Positions 55,253 to 64,000 of a stretch of 64,000 bases of DNA are shown here, in pieces. Position numbers and translations under genes: made by a program. Positions within the stretch are counted from its first letter, which is position 1, and each line of letters begins with the position of its first letter. The notes beneath the pieces were generated by a model. That model worked only from the letters and a program-made list of their open reading frames with translations, did no database searches and had not been told where the DNA came from. The stretch comes from Candidatus Eremiobacteria bacterium (lineage in GTDB: Bacteria > Vulcanimicrobiota > Vulcanimicrobiia > Vulcanimicrobiales > Vulcanimicrobiaceae): contig CAVTRC010000001.1 in assembly GCA_963737065.1 (NCBI GenBank), forward strand, positions 256,001-320,000, read 5' to 3'.

Positions 55253-57304
55253 TTACGATGACAGCACGAGCGCACGGGTCGTCGGTTGACGTTCGAGTGC
55301 CGCTCGCAGCCCCGCGTGTTCCGGTTTGCGCAATTCCGGGTCGTTTGCCAAGAGCGATTGCGCGACCCGCTTGGCTGCGCGATAGACGTCGATGTCGCGA
55401 ACGAGATCCGCGATCCAAAGATCGGCGGCGCCCGATTGCGCCGTTCCGGCGAATTCGCCCGCACCGCGTATCCGCAGGTCCTCTTCCGCAATGTGGAAGC
55501 CGTCCGTAGACTCCGTGAGGATTTCCAAGCGTTCGCTCTCGACGTTATCGTCGGGATAGACGAGGATGCAAAAGGACTTCGCCGCACCGCGTCCCACACG
55601 TCCGCGCAGTTGGTGCAGTTGCGCGAGACCGTAGCGGTGCGCGTCGAGAATGACCATCACGCTCGCATTCGCAACGTCAACTCCGACTTCGACAACCGTT
55701 GTTGCAAGCAGCACGTCGAGCTCGCCGCGCGAAAACCGCGCCATGGCGTCGTCTTTTTCCCTCGGCGCCATGCGTCCGTGCAGCAAGCCGATTCGCAAGT
55801 CCGGAAAAACATCGTTCTTCAAGCGCTCCGCTTCCGCGACGACGCTCGTCAATTCGCTTTCTTCATCGATTGCCGGCGCGACGATATACGCCTGGTGACC
55901 GAGTTCCACGTTGCCGCGAACGAACTCGTAGACGTGTTCTAAACGGCTCACGCGGACGGCGTAGGTTTCGATCGGCGTGCGTCCCGGCGGAAGTTCGTCG
56001 ATCGTAGATGCATCGAGATCGGCGTATACGGACTGCGCGAGCGTGCGGGGAATCGGTGTCGCGGTCATGTGCAGCGTGTGCGGCGCGGCACCTTTCGCGC
56101 GCAGACGCGCGCGCTGTTCGACCCCGAAGCGGTGCTGCTCGTCGATAATCACGAGCCCCAGCCGGGCGAAATCGACGCCTTCCGTTAATAGCGCGTGCGT
56201 GCCGACCGCAAGCGCCGCTTCGCCGCTCGCAATGCGCGCAACGGCGGCGTTGCGCGCGCGTGCGCCTTGGCTGCCGAACACCGCTTCAACGGGAATGGCC
56301 AACGGCAGCAACAGCGGCGCGAGTTTCGCGGCATGCTGCGCCGCAAGAATCTCCGTTGGCGCCATGAGCGCTGATTGCACGCCGTTGCGCGCAGCGAGCG
56401 CGATCGCCGCGGCGGCCGCCAGCGTTTTTCCGCTTCCGACATCGCCTTGCAGCAACCGGTTCATTGGGACGTCACGCGACATGTCGTCCCAGATCTCGCG
56501 GATAACGCGCCGCTGCGCGCCGGTCAACGCAAACGGTAAGGCCGCTTCGAAATCCTCCAGCAGCTGCGCCGGTACGTTCAATGCGTCCGCGTCGTGTTCG
56601 CGCTCGCGCTCCGAACGGCGCATCTCCGCCGCCGTGGCGAGCGTGAGAAATTCCGTAAAGATAAAGCGCTCGCGCGCCACCTGCGCTTCTTGTGGCGTTG
56701 AGGGCGCATGCACGGCATGATATGCGCTCGCCATGGTTCCGTACTTGCGTTCAAGCGCGACGGCGGGCGGAAGCGGATCGTCGCCGGCCAGCGCGACCAA
56801 TCGCGGCAGATTTTTTCCCACGACGCTTGCAATTTTGCGCGTCGGCAGATCTTTGCTCGCGCGATAGACAGGGAGCATTTCGCCGTGGTAGGTCTCATCC
56901 TCGCGCAGTTGCGAGTACTGCGCCACGTTGACGGCGGCGCCGGCCGGCGTCTTGTCGGTGCGCCCGCGCACGAACAACCGCATGCCTTCGCTGAACCGTC
57001 CGATCACGTAGCGATTGCGTCCGATCCACTTCGCGGTGAATTCGCCGGTATCGTCGCGCAGCCGCACCTCGACGATTTCGAGTCCACGCACGCGCCGTTC
57101 TTTCACCTGCGTCACGACGCCGACTGCGTTTTCTTCACCGCCGCTCGCTCCGAGCTTGTTCGACGGCGTCGGAAAGCGCAAGTCCTCGTAGCGGAACGGC
57201 AGGTAGTCGAGAAGATCGTGCGCCGTGTGGATGCCGAGGTCGTGAAAGAGCGGCGCGGACTTCGCACCGACGCCCGCGAGGGACTCGATGGGAAGATCGC
57301 TCAT
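55253..57304 (-). CDS. recG: ATP-dependent DNA helicase RecG
   Basis: MNRLLQGDVGSGKT, DEQHRFG, MTATPIPR, QLRGRVGRG. Confidence 0.97.
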   Translation of the reverse strand: MSDLPIESLAGVGAKSAPLFHDLGIHTAHDLLDYLPFRYEDLRFPTPSNKLGASGGEENAVGVVTQVKERRVRGLEIVEVRLRDDTGEFTAKWIGRNRYVIGRFSEGMRLFVRGRTDKTPAGAAVNVAQYSQLREDETYHGEMLPVYRASKDLPTRKIASVVGKNLPRLVALAGDDPLPPAVALERKYGTMASAYHAVHAPSTPQEAQVARERFIFTEFLTLATAAEMRRSEREREHDADALNVPAQLLEDFEAALPFALTGAQRRVIREIWDDMSRDVPMNRLLQGDVGSGKTLAAAAAIALAARNGVQSALMAPTEILAAQHAAKLAPLLLPLAIPVEAVFGSQGARARNAAVARIASGEAALAVGTHALLTEGVDFARLGLVIIDEQHRFGVEQRARLRAKGAAPHTLHMTATPIPRTLAQSVYADLDASTIDELPPGRTPIETYAVRVSRLEHVYEFVRGNVELGHQAYIVAPAIDEESELTSVVAEAERLKNDVFPDLRIGLLHGRMAPREKDDAMARFSRGELDVLLATTVVEVGVDVANASVMVILDAHRYGLAQLHQLRGRVGRGAAKSFCILVYPDDNVESERLEILTESTDGFHIAEEDLRIRGAGEFAGTAQSGAADLWIADLVRDIDVYRAAKRVAQSLLANDPELRKPEHAGLRAALERQPTTRALVLSS

Positions 57305-57765
57305 TGCAAGCGCAGTTCCATGTCGCTCGTCGTCTCGAATCCTAAGCTGCGATAGAGCGGCATCCCCATGTCACTGGAGTGCAACCGCACGGAATAGCAG
57401 CCGCGTTCGCGAGCCCAATCGATCGCCGCCTGCGTCAATGCACGCGCGATTCCGCGACGCCTATACGCCGGTTTCACGAACACCCCATGCAACATCGCAT
57501 AGGTTCGGCCGAATACAGCCGTGCGATAATGCTCTCCGATGTACGTAATGCTCATCCCGATCGCTTGCGCACCGTCGTAGGCCAGAAACAGTTGCGCGCG
57601 GCCCAAGGCTTGGCGGCTCGTGAAAAATTCGCGAAAGCGCTCGCGCCAGCCGGGGTCTATTTCGTCCCACGGCGCAGCCTCATGCGAGTCGCGCGACATC
57701 TCCGCGCGCAGTTCGATTCCGGCCTCGTATTCGTCGAGTCCGGCGGCAAGGACGCGAACGCTCAC
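57301..57765 (-). CDS. GNAT N-acetyltransferase
   Basis: VFVKPAYRRRGIA, LYRSLGF; GTG overlaps the TGA of the frame-corrected panE. Confidence 0.85.
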   Translation of the reverse strand: MSVRVLAAGLDEYEAGIELRAEMSRDSHEAAPWDEIDPGWRERFREFFTSRQALGRAQLFLAYDGAQAIGMSITYIGEHYRTAVFGRTYAMLHGVFVKPAYRRRGIARALTQAAIDWARERGCYSVRLHSSDMGMPLYRSLGFETTSDMELRLQ

Positions 57766-58713
57766 GCGGTTGCAGCCGACAGCGAGCGCAGACGATCGTA
57801 CACGTCGCGCACGCGCGGAACCGGCACGCCGAGTCGCTCGCCGACTTCGATGACCGCGCCGAGAATCGGACGCGGCTTCGAGCGCGCGCCCCGCTTGATA
57901 ATCTTGCAGCATCGAGGTTCGAACGTCCGCCAATCGCTGCGCATACGCGAGGCGCGCTTCGATATCGACGTGCGCGACAACGCCAAGTGCTTGACCGACT
58001 GCTAGCGCTTCTTCCATCAGCATACGCACTTCGTCGCGCGTCGAGCTGCGCTCGAGCATCTGCCGAATTGTCAGTTCGTGCAACGTGCTGATCGGATTTA
58101 AGCCAACGTTATTCACGAGTTTCAACCAGACGGTGCCGCGGATATTCGTGTCGACTTCCGGGGCCAGTTCAGCGGATGCAAACGCCGCAATCAGCGCGGC
58201 GACGCGCTCGTTCGTTCCGCCGGGGGGAGCGCCGAACGCGTAGCGCGTTCCGCCGCTTTGGTGAATCTTTCCCGGTTCGACGATGTGTCCGGAGACATGC
58301 ACGACACCGCCGACAACTCGCTCGTCGGCAAACAACGCTCCGATGCGTCCGCCGGGATCGACCGACTCGAGCGCAGGCGTACGAACGAACCAAAACGGCA
58401 CGCCGTTCTGAAGCGTGACGATCGTTGCGTTCGTTTGCGCAACAGCGGCGAGCTGCGGGAGCAGTTCGGGGTATTGATGCGCTTTGAACGTCAGGAGCAC
58501 CGCATCGAACGCGCCGAGCGTCCGTACATCGTCCGTCGCTTCGACGCGCGTTGTAAACGGGCCGAGGTCGCTGTGAACCAGCGTAATCCCTTTGCGACGA
58601 ATGACGTCGAGATGCGCGCCACGTGCCACGACCGCGACGCCCGTACCGGCACGGGCGAGTGCAGCAGCGATGAATCCGCCGATGGCGCCCGCACCCATGA
58701 CCGCGACTCTCAT
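57762..58713 (-). CDS. panE: 2-dehydropantoate 2-reductase family protein with a single-base frameshift near 57870
   Basis: GAGAIG, LQNG, WLKL, TSMLQD..GRALE; the expected C-terminus PILGAVIEVGERLGVPVP is in another frame. Confidence 0.8.
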
Positions 58714-58729
58714 CTTGCAAACAACTTCG

Positions 58730-58801
58730 AGGCGACGGGCAGATTCGAACTGCCGGATGGGGCTTTTGCAGAGCCCTGCCTTACCACTTGGCTACGTCGC
58801 C
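58730..58801 (-). tRNA. tRNA-Cys(GCA), CCA not encoded
   Basis: Cloverleaf GGCGACG..CGTCGCC, anticodon GCA, U discriminator. Confidence 0.95.
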
Positions 58802-58802
58802 G

Positions 58803-58876
58803 TGGAGCGGGTAGTGGGAATCGAACCCACGCATCAACCTTGGGAAGGTCGCAGGCTACCATTACATCATACCCGC
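58803..58876 (-). tRNA. tRNA-Gly(CCC)
   Basis: GCGGGTA..TACCCGC-TCCA, anticodon CCC, GTTCGA T-loop. Confidence 0.95.
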
Positions 58877-58945
58877 AGACGATCCATCGGCGCCCGCCGG
58901 ATTCGTTGCAGGCCACAACCCGTCCTTTGGGTGAACGGTGGAGCT

Positions 58946-59728
58946 GTGACGTGGGTGTATAGCCTGCCCCTTTGGGTTGCAGCGGTCGTCTTTATCGGCG
59001 GCTGCTGCTTGCTTTCCGCCGCAGGGTTATACATCGTTCGCAAACAGTACGGCGAGGCCGAGGGATTCACGCACAACGACGTCGCGGGCCCGATCATGGG
59101 AACCGTCGGAACCGTCCTTGCGGTGTTGCTTACCTTCATGGTGGTCACCGTGTGGCAAGAGTACGACAACGCCGCGCAAGGGGCTAATGAAGAAGCGGCG
59201 GAGCTTTCCGATCTCTATCACGAAAGCTACGCGTTGCCCGCGCAGTTCGGAACATCGTTACGCGTGAAGGTCCTCTCGTACATTCATCTCGTGATTCGTG
59301 AAGAGTGGCCGTTGATGAAGATCGGCCTGGAGAGCCATACCGCCGAAAATCTCGCGCGAAAAATCGTCGATACGGTTCAATCGTATCCGCCCACGACGAT
59401 GGGACAGCAGACGGCGCAGGCCGACGCACTGGACCACGCCCACAACTTCCTCGATCAGCGACGCGCGCGGCTGTTCAACAACGGCGAGTCGGTACCGGGG
59501 CTCGTTTGGGCGATGATGATCTTCGTTGCCGCGATTACGATTAGTTTTTCGTACTTCTTCCGCGTGGCAAACGCGCACGCGCACCTCTTGATGATCCTCG
59601 CGCTCGCGTCGGTGGTCGGTGCGACGTTCCTGATGATCGCCGAGCTCGATTTGCCGTTCCGCGGACCGTTGCAGGTTGCGCCGAGCGGGTTCAGCCACGC
59701 CTTGCAGCGCCTAAGCCAGCTTCACTAA
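58946..59728 (+). CDS. DUF4239-like membrane protein
   Basis: HNDVAG..GTVLAVLLTF..VWQEY, ELDLPFRG; GGAG SD. Confidence 0.8.
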   Translation: MTWVYSLPLWVAAVVFIGGCCLLSAAGLYIVRKQYGEAEGFTHNDVAGPIMGTVGTVLAVLLTFMVVTVWQEYDNAAQGANEEAAELSDLYHESYALPAQFGTSLRVKVLSYIHLVIREEWPLMKIGLESHTAENLARKIVDTVQSYPPTTMGQQTAQADALDHAHNFLDQRRARLFNNGESVPGLVWAMMIFVAAITISFSYFFRVANAHAHLLMILALASVVGATFLMIAELDLPFRGPLQVAPSGFSHALQRLSQLH

Positions 59729-60381
59729 CTCAAAATGTTGACCGAGCGCGCCAAAATGAGGGCCACGGTGATGAACGAAATCAGCGACTCAATGAGCATC
59801 AACACTTTGGCGATCCGCGTGAGCGGCATTACGTCGGTCGGACTGAAGGCGAGCGCATTGGTGAACGAGAGATAGAGGTAATCGAGGAACATCGGGCGCC
59901 AATTGGCTGGTACGCATTGTGCATGCGTCTGGATCAGCGTCAGCTGCGGAAAAAGAAAGTCCGCTTGTATGGGACCCTCACTCAAAGTACCTTCACGAAT
60001 CTCTACTCCGCCCTCATCGATCTCCCAGAACCATAGTGCGAAAACGATGACGTTCGTGCACCAGATTAGCGCACCCGAGTGCAGCAGCTCCCCGGCGACG
60101 ATACCGTGGTGTTTCGTATGCGGATTGAGCAAGTCGTTGACCAACAAAATCACCGACATGATGTTGAAGAAATTAAGGATCGCAATCAACGTCACGGCTG
60201 CGCTGCTGCGGACGGTTCGCGACATCCGTCCGCTGAACAGGAGCAGTGGCAAGAGTAAGATTGCGACGAGCAACGGCGCCACCCAAATCGGACCGAACGT
60301 CAGTTTTGGAGGCAGGCGCTCGTACAGCACGAGCGCGGCGACGACGGCAATCGCAGGATGCCAGCGCGGTTCGGGATTCAC
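59725..60381 (-). CDS. DUF1345-like membrane protein
   Basis: EPRW, FALWFWEID, DFLFPQ, DYLYLSFTNALAFSPTDVMPLT. Confidence 0.8.
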   Translation of the reverse strand: MNPEPRWHPAIAVVAALVLYERLPPKLTFGPIWVAPLLVAILLLPLLLFSGRMSRTVRSSAAVTLIAILNFFNIMSVILLVNDLLNPHTKHHGIVAGELLHSGALIWCTNVIVFALWFWEIDEGGVEIREGTLSEGPIQADFLFPQLTLIQTHAQCVPANWRPMFLDYLYLSFTNALAFSPTDVMPLTRIAKVLMLIESLISFITVALILARSVNILS

Positions 60382-60433
60382 GAGCGCGTTTTCGCGCAGC
60401 AACCCCTTCTTACCGCCCGGCGTTGTTATCAAT

Positions 60434-60784
60434 ATGGCTACAGATTTTCGCGATGGCAAGGCGTTCCCACGCCGCGGCCGGGAACCGATGGGCGACGCGC
60501 TTTGGCTCGCTCGCGTGTTCGACAAGGCCCGCGCAGCAGCGGCGGGAACGATCGATGACTACATTTATCCCTGCCCGATGGATAAAGGCGTGATGGAGCG
60601 CTGGGGAATAACGCCGCAGGAATTCGACGAAGCGATTCGCACACACACGAGCGATCAGGCGATTCGCGCTTGGCTTGCGTCACGTGCGCCCGCCGATCGC
60701 GTTCGCGCCGCAAACGACTGGCTTCTCAATGAAAGAAAAGAGAACTTAGACCGGCAAGACGCTGAGGAAGGGATAACGGTTTGA
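60434..60784 (+). CDS. DUF5069-like protein
   Basis: PR..WLARVFDKARA..GTIDDYIYPCPMD. Confidence 0.8.
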   Translation: MATDFRDGKAFPRRGREPMGDALWLARVFDKARAAAAGTIDDYIYPCPMDKGVMERWGITPQEFDEAIRTHTSDQAIRAWLASRAPADRVRAANDWLLNERKENLDRQDAEEGITV

Positions 60785-61470
60785 GCGAGACGATCGAGTT
60801 CGCGCGGCCCGACGCTAAAGCGGCGCCCGGGTACTACACCGCCCCCCAAAATGCGAGCACAGCGCCGGGCGTCGTGATGATCGAAGAATGGTGGGGCGTC
60901 ACTGATTCAATCAAACAGATGGCCGACAAACTCGCGAGCGCGGGATTCCGCGTGCTCGTTCCGGATCTTTTCCGCGGCCGCAAAGCGGTTGTGCCCGATG
61001 AAGCAAACCATTTGGTCGAAGGCCTCGACTTCGGCGATGCCGCGAATCAAGACGTTCGCGGCGCGGTGGAGTACTTGAAATCGACGGGTTCGAAAAAAGT
61101 CGGCGTCCTCGGTTTCTGCGTCGGTGGTGGCCTCGCGCTGCTCGCCGCGATGAACGATTCGCAAATCGATGCCGTCGTGACGTTCTACGGCGTGACGCCG
61201 CCCGAAGCCGGTGACGTGGGCAAAATCAACGCTCCGGTACAAGGCCACTGGGCTGAACATGATGAGTTTGCAAGCCCGCAGGCCGTGAACCGCATCGAGG
61301 CGCGCTTCAAAGAAGCGGGCGTGTCACACGAGTTTCATCGCTACGATGCGCATCACGGATTCAATAATCCGAATCCAATCGGTCAGGCGGGACTCGGGCA
61401 CTACGACGAAGAGGCCGATGCGCAGTCATGGTCGCGCGCGATCGATTTTCTACGCAAAGCGCTTCAATAG
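60781..61470 (+). CDS. Dienelactone hydrolase family protein
   Basis: EEWWG, GFCVGG, AHHGF. Confidence 0.92.
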   Translation: MSETIEFARPDAKAAPGYYTAPQNASTAPGVVMIEEWWGVTDSIKQMADKLASAGFRVLVPDLFRGRKAVVPDEANHLVEGLDFGDAANQDVRGAVEYLKSTGSKKVGVLGFCVGGGLALLAAMNDSQIDAVVTFYGVTPPEAGDVGKINAPVQGHWAEHDEFASPQAVNRIEARFKEAGVSHEFHRYDAHHGFNNPNPIGQAGLGHYDEEADAQSWSRAIDFLRKALQ

Positions 61471-61477
61471 CGGGGCG

Positions 61478-62302
61478 TTAGTGCGAGAATAGCGTGCCCG
61501 CATTAACGGGCACGCTTCGCAACGCGCCCTGTCCGAGTCCCCACTTCTTTAGCAGCCTGTCGTACGTGCCGTCGCGGATTACCGCTTGCAGCGCGGCAAT
61601 CACCCGCCGACGCAGCGCTGCATTATTCTTCGCCAACGCGATGCCGTACGGCACAAGTGCGAACTGGCGTCCCGCGACTTCATACCTGCGATCGTTCGTC
61701 TTCGCAAGATACGCGATCACGGGGTAATCGGTGACGTGCACGTCGGAGTTTCCGGCCGCGAAAAACTTGAACGCCGCTTCGTCGGTCGAAAATGCGCTCA
61801 ATTTGATCTCGGCGAGACCGATTTGCTTGCAGCGCTTCGATTGGTCGTTGAGCGCCGTCTGCTGCGACGTGCCTTTTTGTACGTCGACGCGAAGTCCACA
61901 AAGCGCGCCGAGATCGAACACGTGCTTGGGATTGCCGGCAGGCACGAGCATGCCGCTGCCCGCGAGCATGTAATCGATGAAATCAACTTGCGCTTCGCGC
62001 TCGCGCGTATCGGAGAGCGCCGAAATAGCGAGGTCGAACGAGCCGTTCTTTACAGCCGGGATGAGGTCGTCGAACGTGTGGTTCGAAATCATCACCGGCG
62101 TACCGAGCTTTTCGCCGAGCGCTGCCGCGAGGTCGATATCGAATCCGCGCAGTTGATGGGCGCCGGAGTAGAATTCCAGCGGCGCATACGAGACGTCGGA
62201 CGCACCGCGCAGCGGTGCACCGGCGGCCATGGCGCGTGCGGCGCACACGGAAAAGACGACCGCGAGTACGAGGCTACTCGCGCGGCGGACAAATGAGCTC
62301 AT
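61478..62302 (-). CDS. Amino-acid ABC transporter substrate-binding protein
   Basis: YAPLEF, GFDIDL, EREAQVDFIDY, DGTYDRLLKKWG. Confidence 0.92.
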   Translation of the reverse strand: MSSFVRRASSLVLAVVFSVCAARAMAAGAPLRGASDVSYAPLEFYSGAHQLRGFDIDLAAALGEKLGTPVMISNHTFDDLIPAVKNGSFDLAISALSDTREREAQVDFIDYMLAGSGMLVPAGNPKHVFDLGALCGLRVDVQKGTSQQTALNDQSKRCKQIGLAEIKLSAFSTDEAAFKFFAAGNSDVHVTDYPVIAYLAKTNDRRYEVAGRQFALVPYGIALAKNNAALRRRVIAALQAVIRDGTYDRLLKKWGLGQGALRSVPVNAGTLFSH

Positions 62303-62396
62303 AAAGCCGTTATCGGTCGCACGTTGCGCCATTCTTTAGATCGGCGCCGCGACAGCGAAGAAGCCCCACGAACCGCGAGGCTTCCGTTTGCTTTCA

Positions 62397-62472
62397 TGGT
62401 GCCAAGGGCGAGAATCGAACTCGCGACACCGCACTTTTCAGGCGCGTGCTCTACCGACTGAGCTACCTTGGC
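62397..62472 (-). tRNA. tRNA-Phe(GAA)
   Basis: GCCAAGG..CCTTGGC-ACCA, anticodon GAA. Confidence 0.96.
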
Positions 62473-62868
62473 ACGGCGACCGGGCCAGATTCGAGACGGT
62501 AAGTCTGGTCCCTTTCGATGAGCGTCATTCCGCGAGCAAGACGTCAGATATTGCGCCGCCGACATGCATCAGCAGCGATCGCATCGGCGTGCCGAATCAA
62601 GAACGAAAGTGCTGGCGAAGGTTAACGATTCGGTGTATTGTATCAGCGATTGCGACACGGGGTGGTCTCGTCCTCGGTGAAATTTGGCGGCTGCGAGTGG
62701 CACCGGAAGTTCGAGAAGTAACACGGTCGCCGCCTAATACGAAACACGCCTGGCGCGATAGGACTCCCGCGAGTACGCAACGCGCACTGACGAACGCCAA
62801 CCGTGATCGCGGTGTTCCGCGCGGCGCAGCCGGTTGTGAGGTAGCCATTTCAGGCGACAACCTATACG

Positions 62869-62893
62869 AAAAGCCCCGATTCGCATCGGGGCT
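62869..62893 (-). terminator. Rho-independent terminator after tRNA-Val/tRNA-Asp
   Basis: 9-bp stem AGCCCCGAT/ATCGGGGCT with a 4-nt loop and a short T-tract on the minus strand. Confidence 0.7.
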
Positions 62894-62903
62894 CCTCCAA
62901 AAG

Positions 62904-62980
62904 TGGCGACGTTGATGGGGCTCGAACCCACGACCTCCGCCGTGACAGGGCGGCGCTCTAACCAACTGAGCTACAACGCC
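62904..62980 (-). tRNA. tRNA-Asp(GTC)
   Basis: Cloverleaf, anticodon GTC, GCCA end. Confidence 0.96.
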
Positions 62981-63013
62981 ATGCGGCGCCGTCGACTCGG
63001 GGCTTGACCGAGA

Positions 63014-63088
63014 TGGTGGGCACGATAGGATTCGAACCTATGACCCCTCCCGTGTGAAGGGAATGCTCTCCCACTGAGCTACGCGCCC
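63014..63088 (-). tRNA. tRNA-Val(CAC)
   Basis: GGGCGCG..CGTGCCC-ACCA, anticodon CAC. Confidence 0.95.
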
Positions 63089-63177
63089 GAAGTGCCCAAC
63101 GACGATTGGACAAGGTGGGAGTTTATCCTATCGGAGGGCATGTTGTCCAGCGCGTTCGGTAGAACCGCCGGAAAGCG

Positions 63178-63609
63178 ATGCTCGAACGATTCCCTCTTAT
63201 CATGCGTTTCACCGTTCCGTTCTCCGACGTCGACATGATGCAGCACGTAAACAACGTCGCGTACATCCGCTGGTGCGAAGCGATGCGCGCGGAATACTTT
63301 GCTCAAGTGATGAACGAACCGATCAACGGTGAACGCGGCATGATTCAAGCGAACATCAACTTTACGTACGACCGGGAACTCCACTATCGCGAAGCCGTCG
63401 CGATCGGCATCAAAGTTTCGCGGATCGGAACGAAATCGTGGGATTTCGCGTACGAAATTTGGAGCGATAGCGCGGGCGAGCGCGCTGCGCACGGAACGAC
63501 GACCGTCGTCGCGTACGACTTCACGAATCACCAGACGATCGTCATCCCGGAACAATGGCGTGACGAGATCGCGCGTTTCGAAGATGGGCCGCAGCACGTC
63601 TTCATATGA
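63178..63609 (+). CDS. Acyl-CoA thioesterase (4HBT/YbgC-like)
   Basis: FSDVDMMQHVNNVAY..EAMR, IGTKSW. Confidence 0.9.
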   Translation: MLERFPLIMRFTVPFSDVDMMQHVNNVAYIRWCEAMRAEYFAQVMNEPINGERGMIQANINFTYDRELHYREAVAIGIKVSRIGTKSWDFAYEIWSDSAGERAAHGTTTVVAYDFTNHQTIVIPEQWRDEIARFEDGPQHVFI

Positions 63610-64000
63610 TTCTGGCTCTGACGCTCGCGGGATCGCTCGCCGCACAAACCGCATTTTCAACCGGGCTTACCGACCTCTACGCGTACGCCGGTCCGCAAGC
63701 TGCGGAACAATTCGTCGCCGCGCAGCGTGCCGATCCAAACGACGTGTTGCCGTACTGGGGAGAGGCGCTCGCGCGCGGGACTGATCTCAACAACGGCCTC
63801 ACCGCGACGAAGTTCGCCGCGTCGCAAGCCGCGATCGCGAAAGCGGCACCGTACGCCGCGCTCGCATCCGATCAGCATCGCGCGCTCGTCGAAGCCGTTA
63901 CCGCGCGGTATGCGGGCACCTACGCCGATCGTGATCGCGATGAGGTCGCGTATCGTGCGGCAATGGAGCAGTATATCGCAGCGTATCCGGATGACGACGA
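63606..64000 (+). CDS. Exported TPR-like protein, 3'-truncated by the window edge
   Basis: Open frame MILALTLAGSLAAQTAFSTGLTDLYAY..DP..YWGEALARG running to the window edge; ATGA overlap. Confidence 0.7.
   Translation, partial: MILALTLAGSLAAQTAFSTGLTDLYAYAGPQAAEQFVAAQRADPNDVLPYWGEALARGTDLNNGLTATKFAASQAAIAKAAPYAALASDQHRALVEAVTARYAGTYADRDRDEVAYRAAMEQYIAAYPDDD

Noticed and set aside
62473..62868. ORFs or an ncRNA between tRNA-Phe and tRNA-Asp
   Set aside because: No convincing coding signal or recognisable RNA structure
58730..63088. tRNA genes as integration sites of a genomic island
   Set aside because: No integrase and no duplicated tRNA 3' end seen

Overview
GC-rich, densely coding bacterial chromosome segment with no CRISPR array, integrase or transposase seen. 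Gene order (recG-rsmD-coaD plus a coiled-coil gene) and apparent leaderless starts suggest a Terrabacteria lineage, possibly Eremiobacterota/Vulcanimicrobiota; this is inference only. Bases 1-9.7 kb hold a membrane-anchored cytochrome c, a NarGHJI-type molybdoenzyme operon, an HPP-family protein and a formate/nitrite channel. The alpha and beta subunits resemble the cytoplasmic Nitrobacter/Nitrolancea-type nitrite oxidoreductase (NXR) clade more than canonical NarG/NarH. Within the next 25 kb are an A2-type caa3 oxidase operon with a MoxR/DUF58 cassette, heme A synthase preceded by a stand-alone HemA dimerisation domain, a HiPIP, SCO, NarK and moaD/moaE/moeB. The rest is mostly housekeeping: queG, phoU, beta-oxidation genes, an NRAMP transporter, a DUF2249-Crp/Fnr fusion, coaD, rsmD, an M16 peptidase, recG, a frameshifted panE and five tRNAs. 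The top hypothesis is a candidate nitrite-oxidation (or NXR-clade nitrate-respiration) system in an unexpected host. All family calls are by motif recognition and memory; no searches were run.
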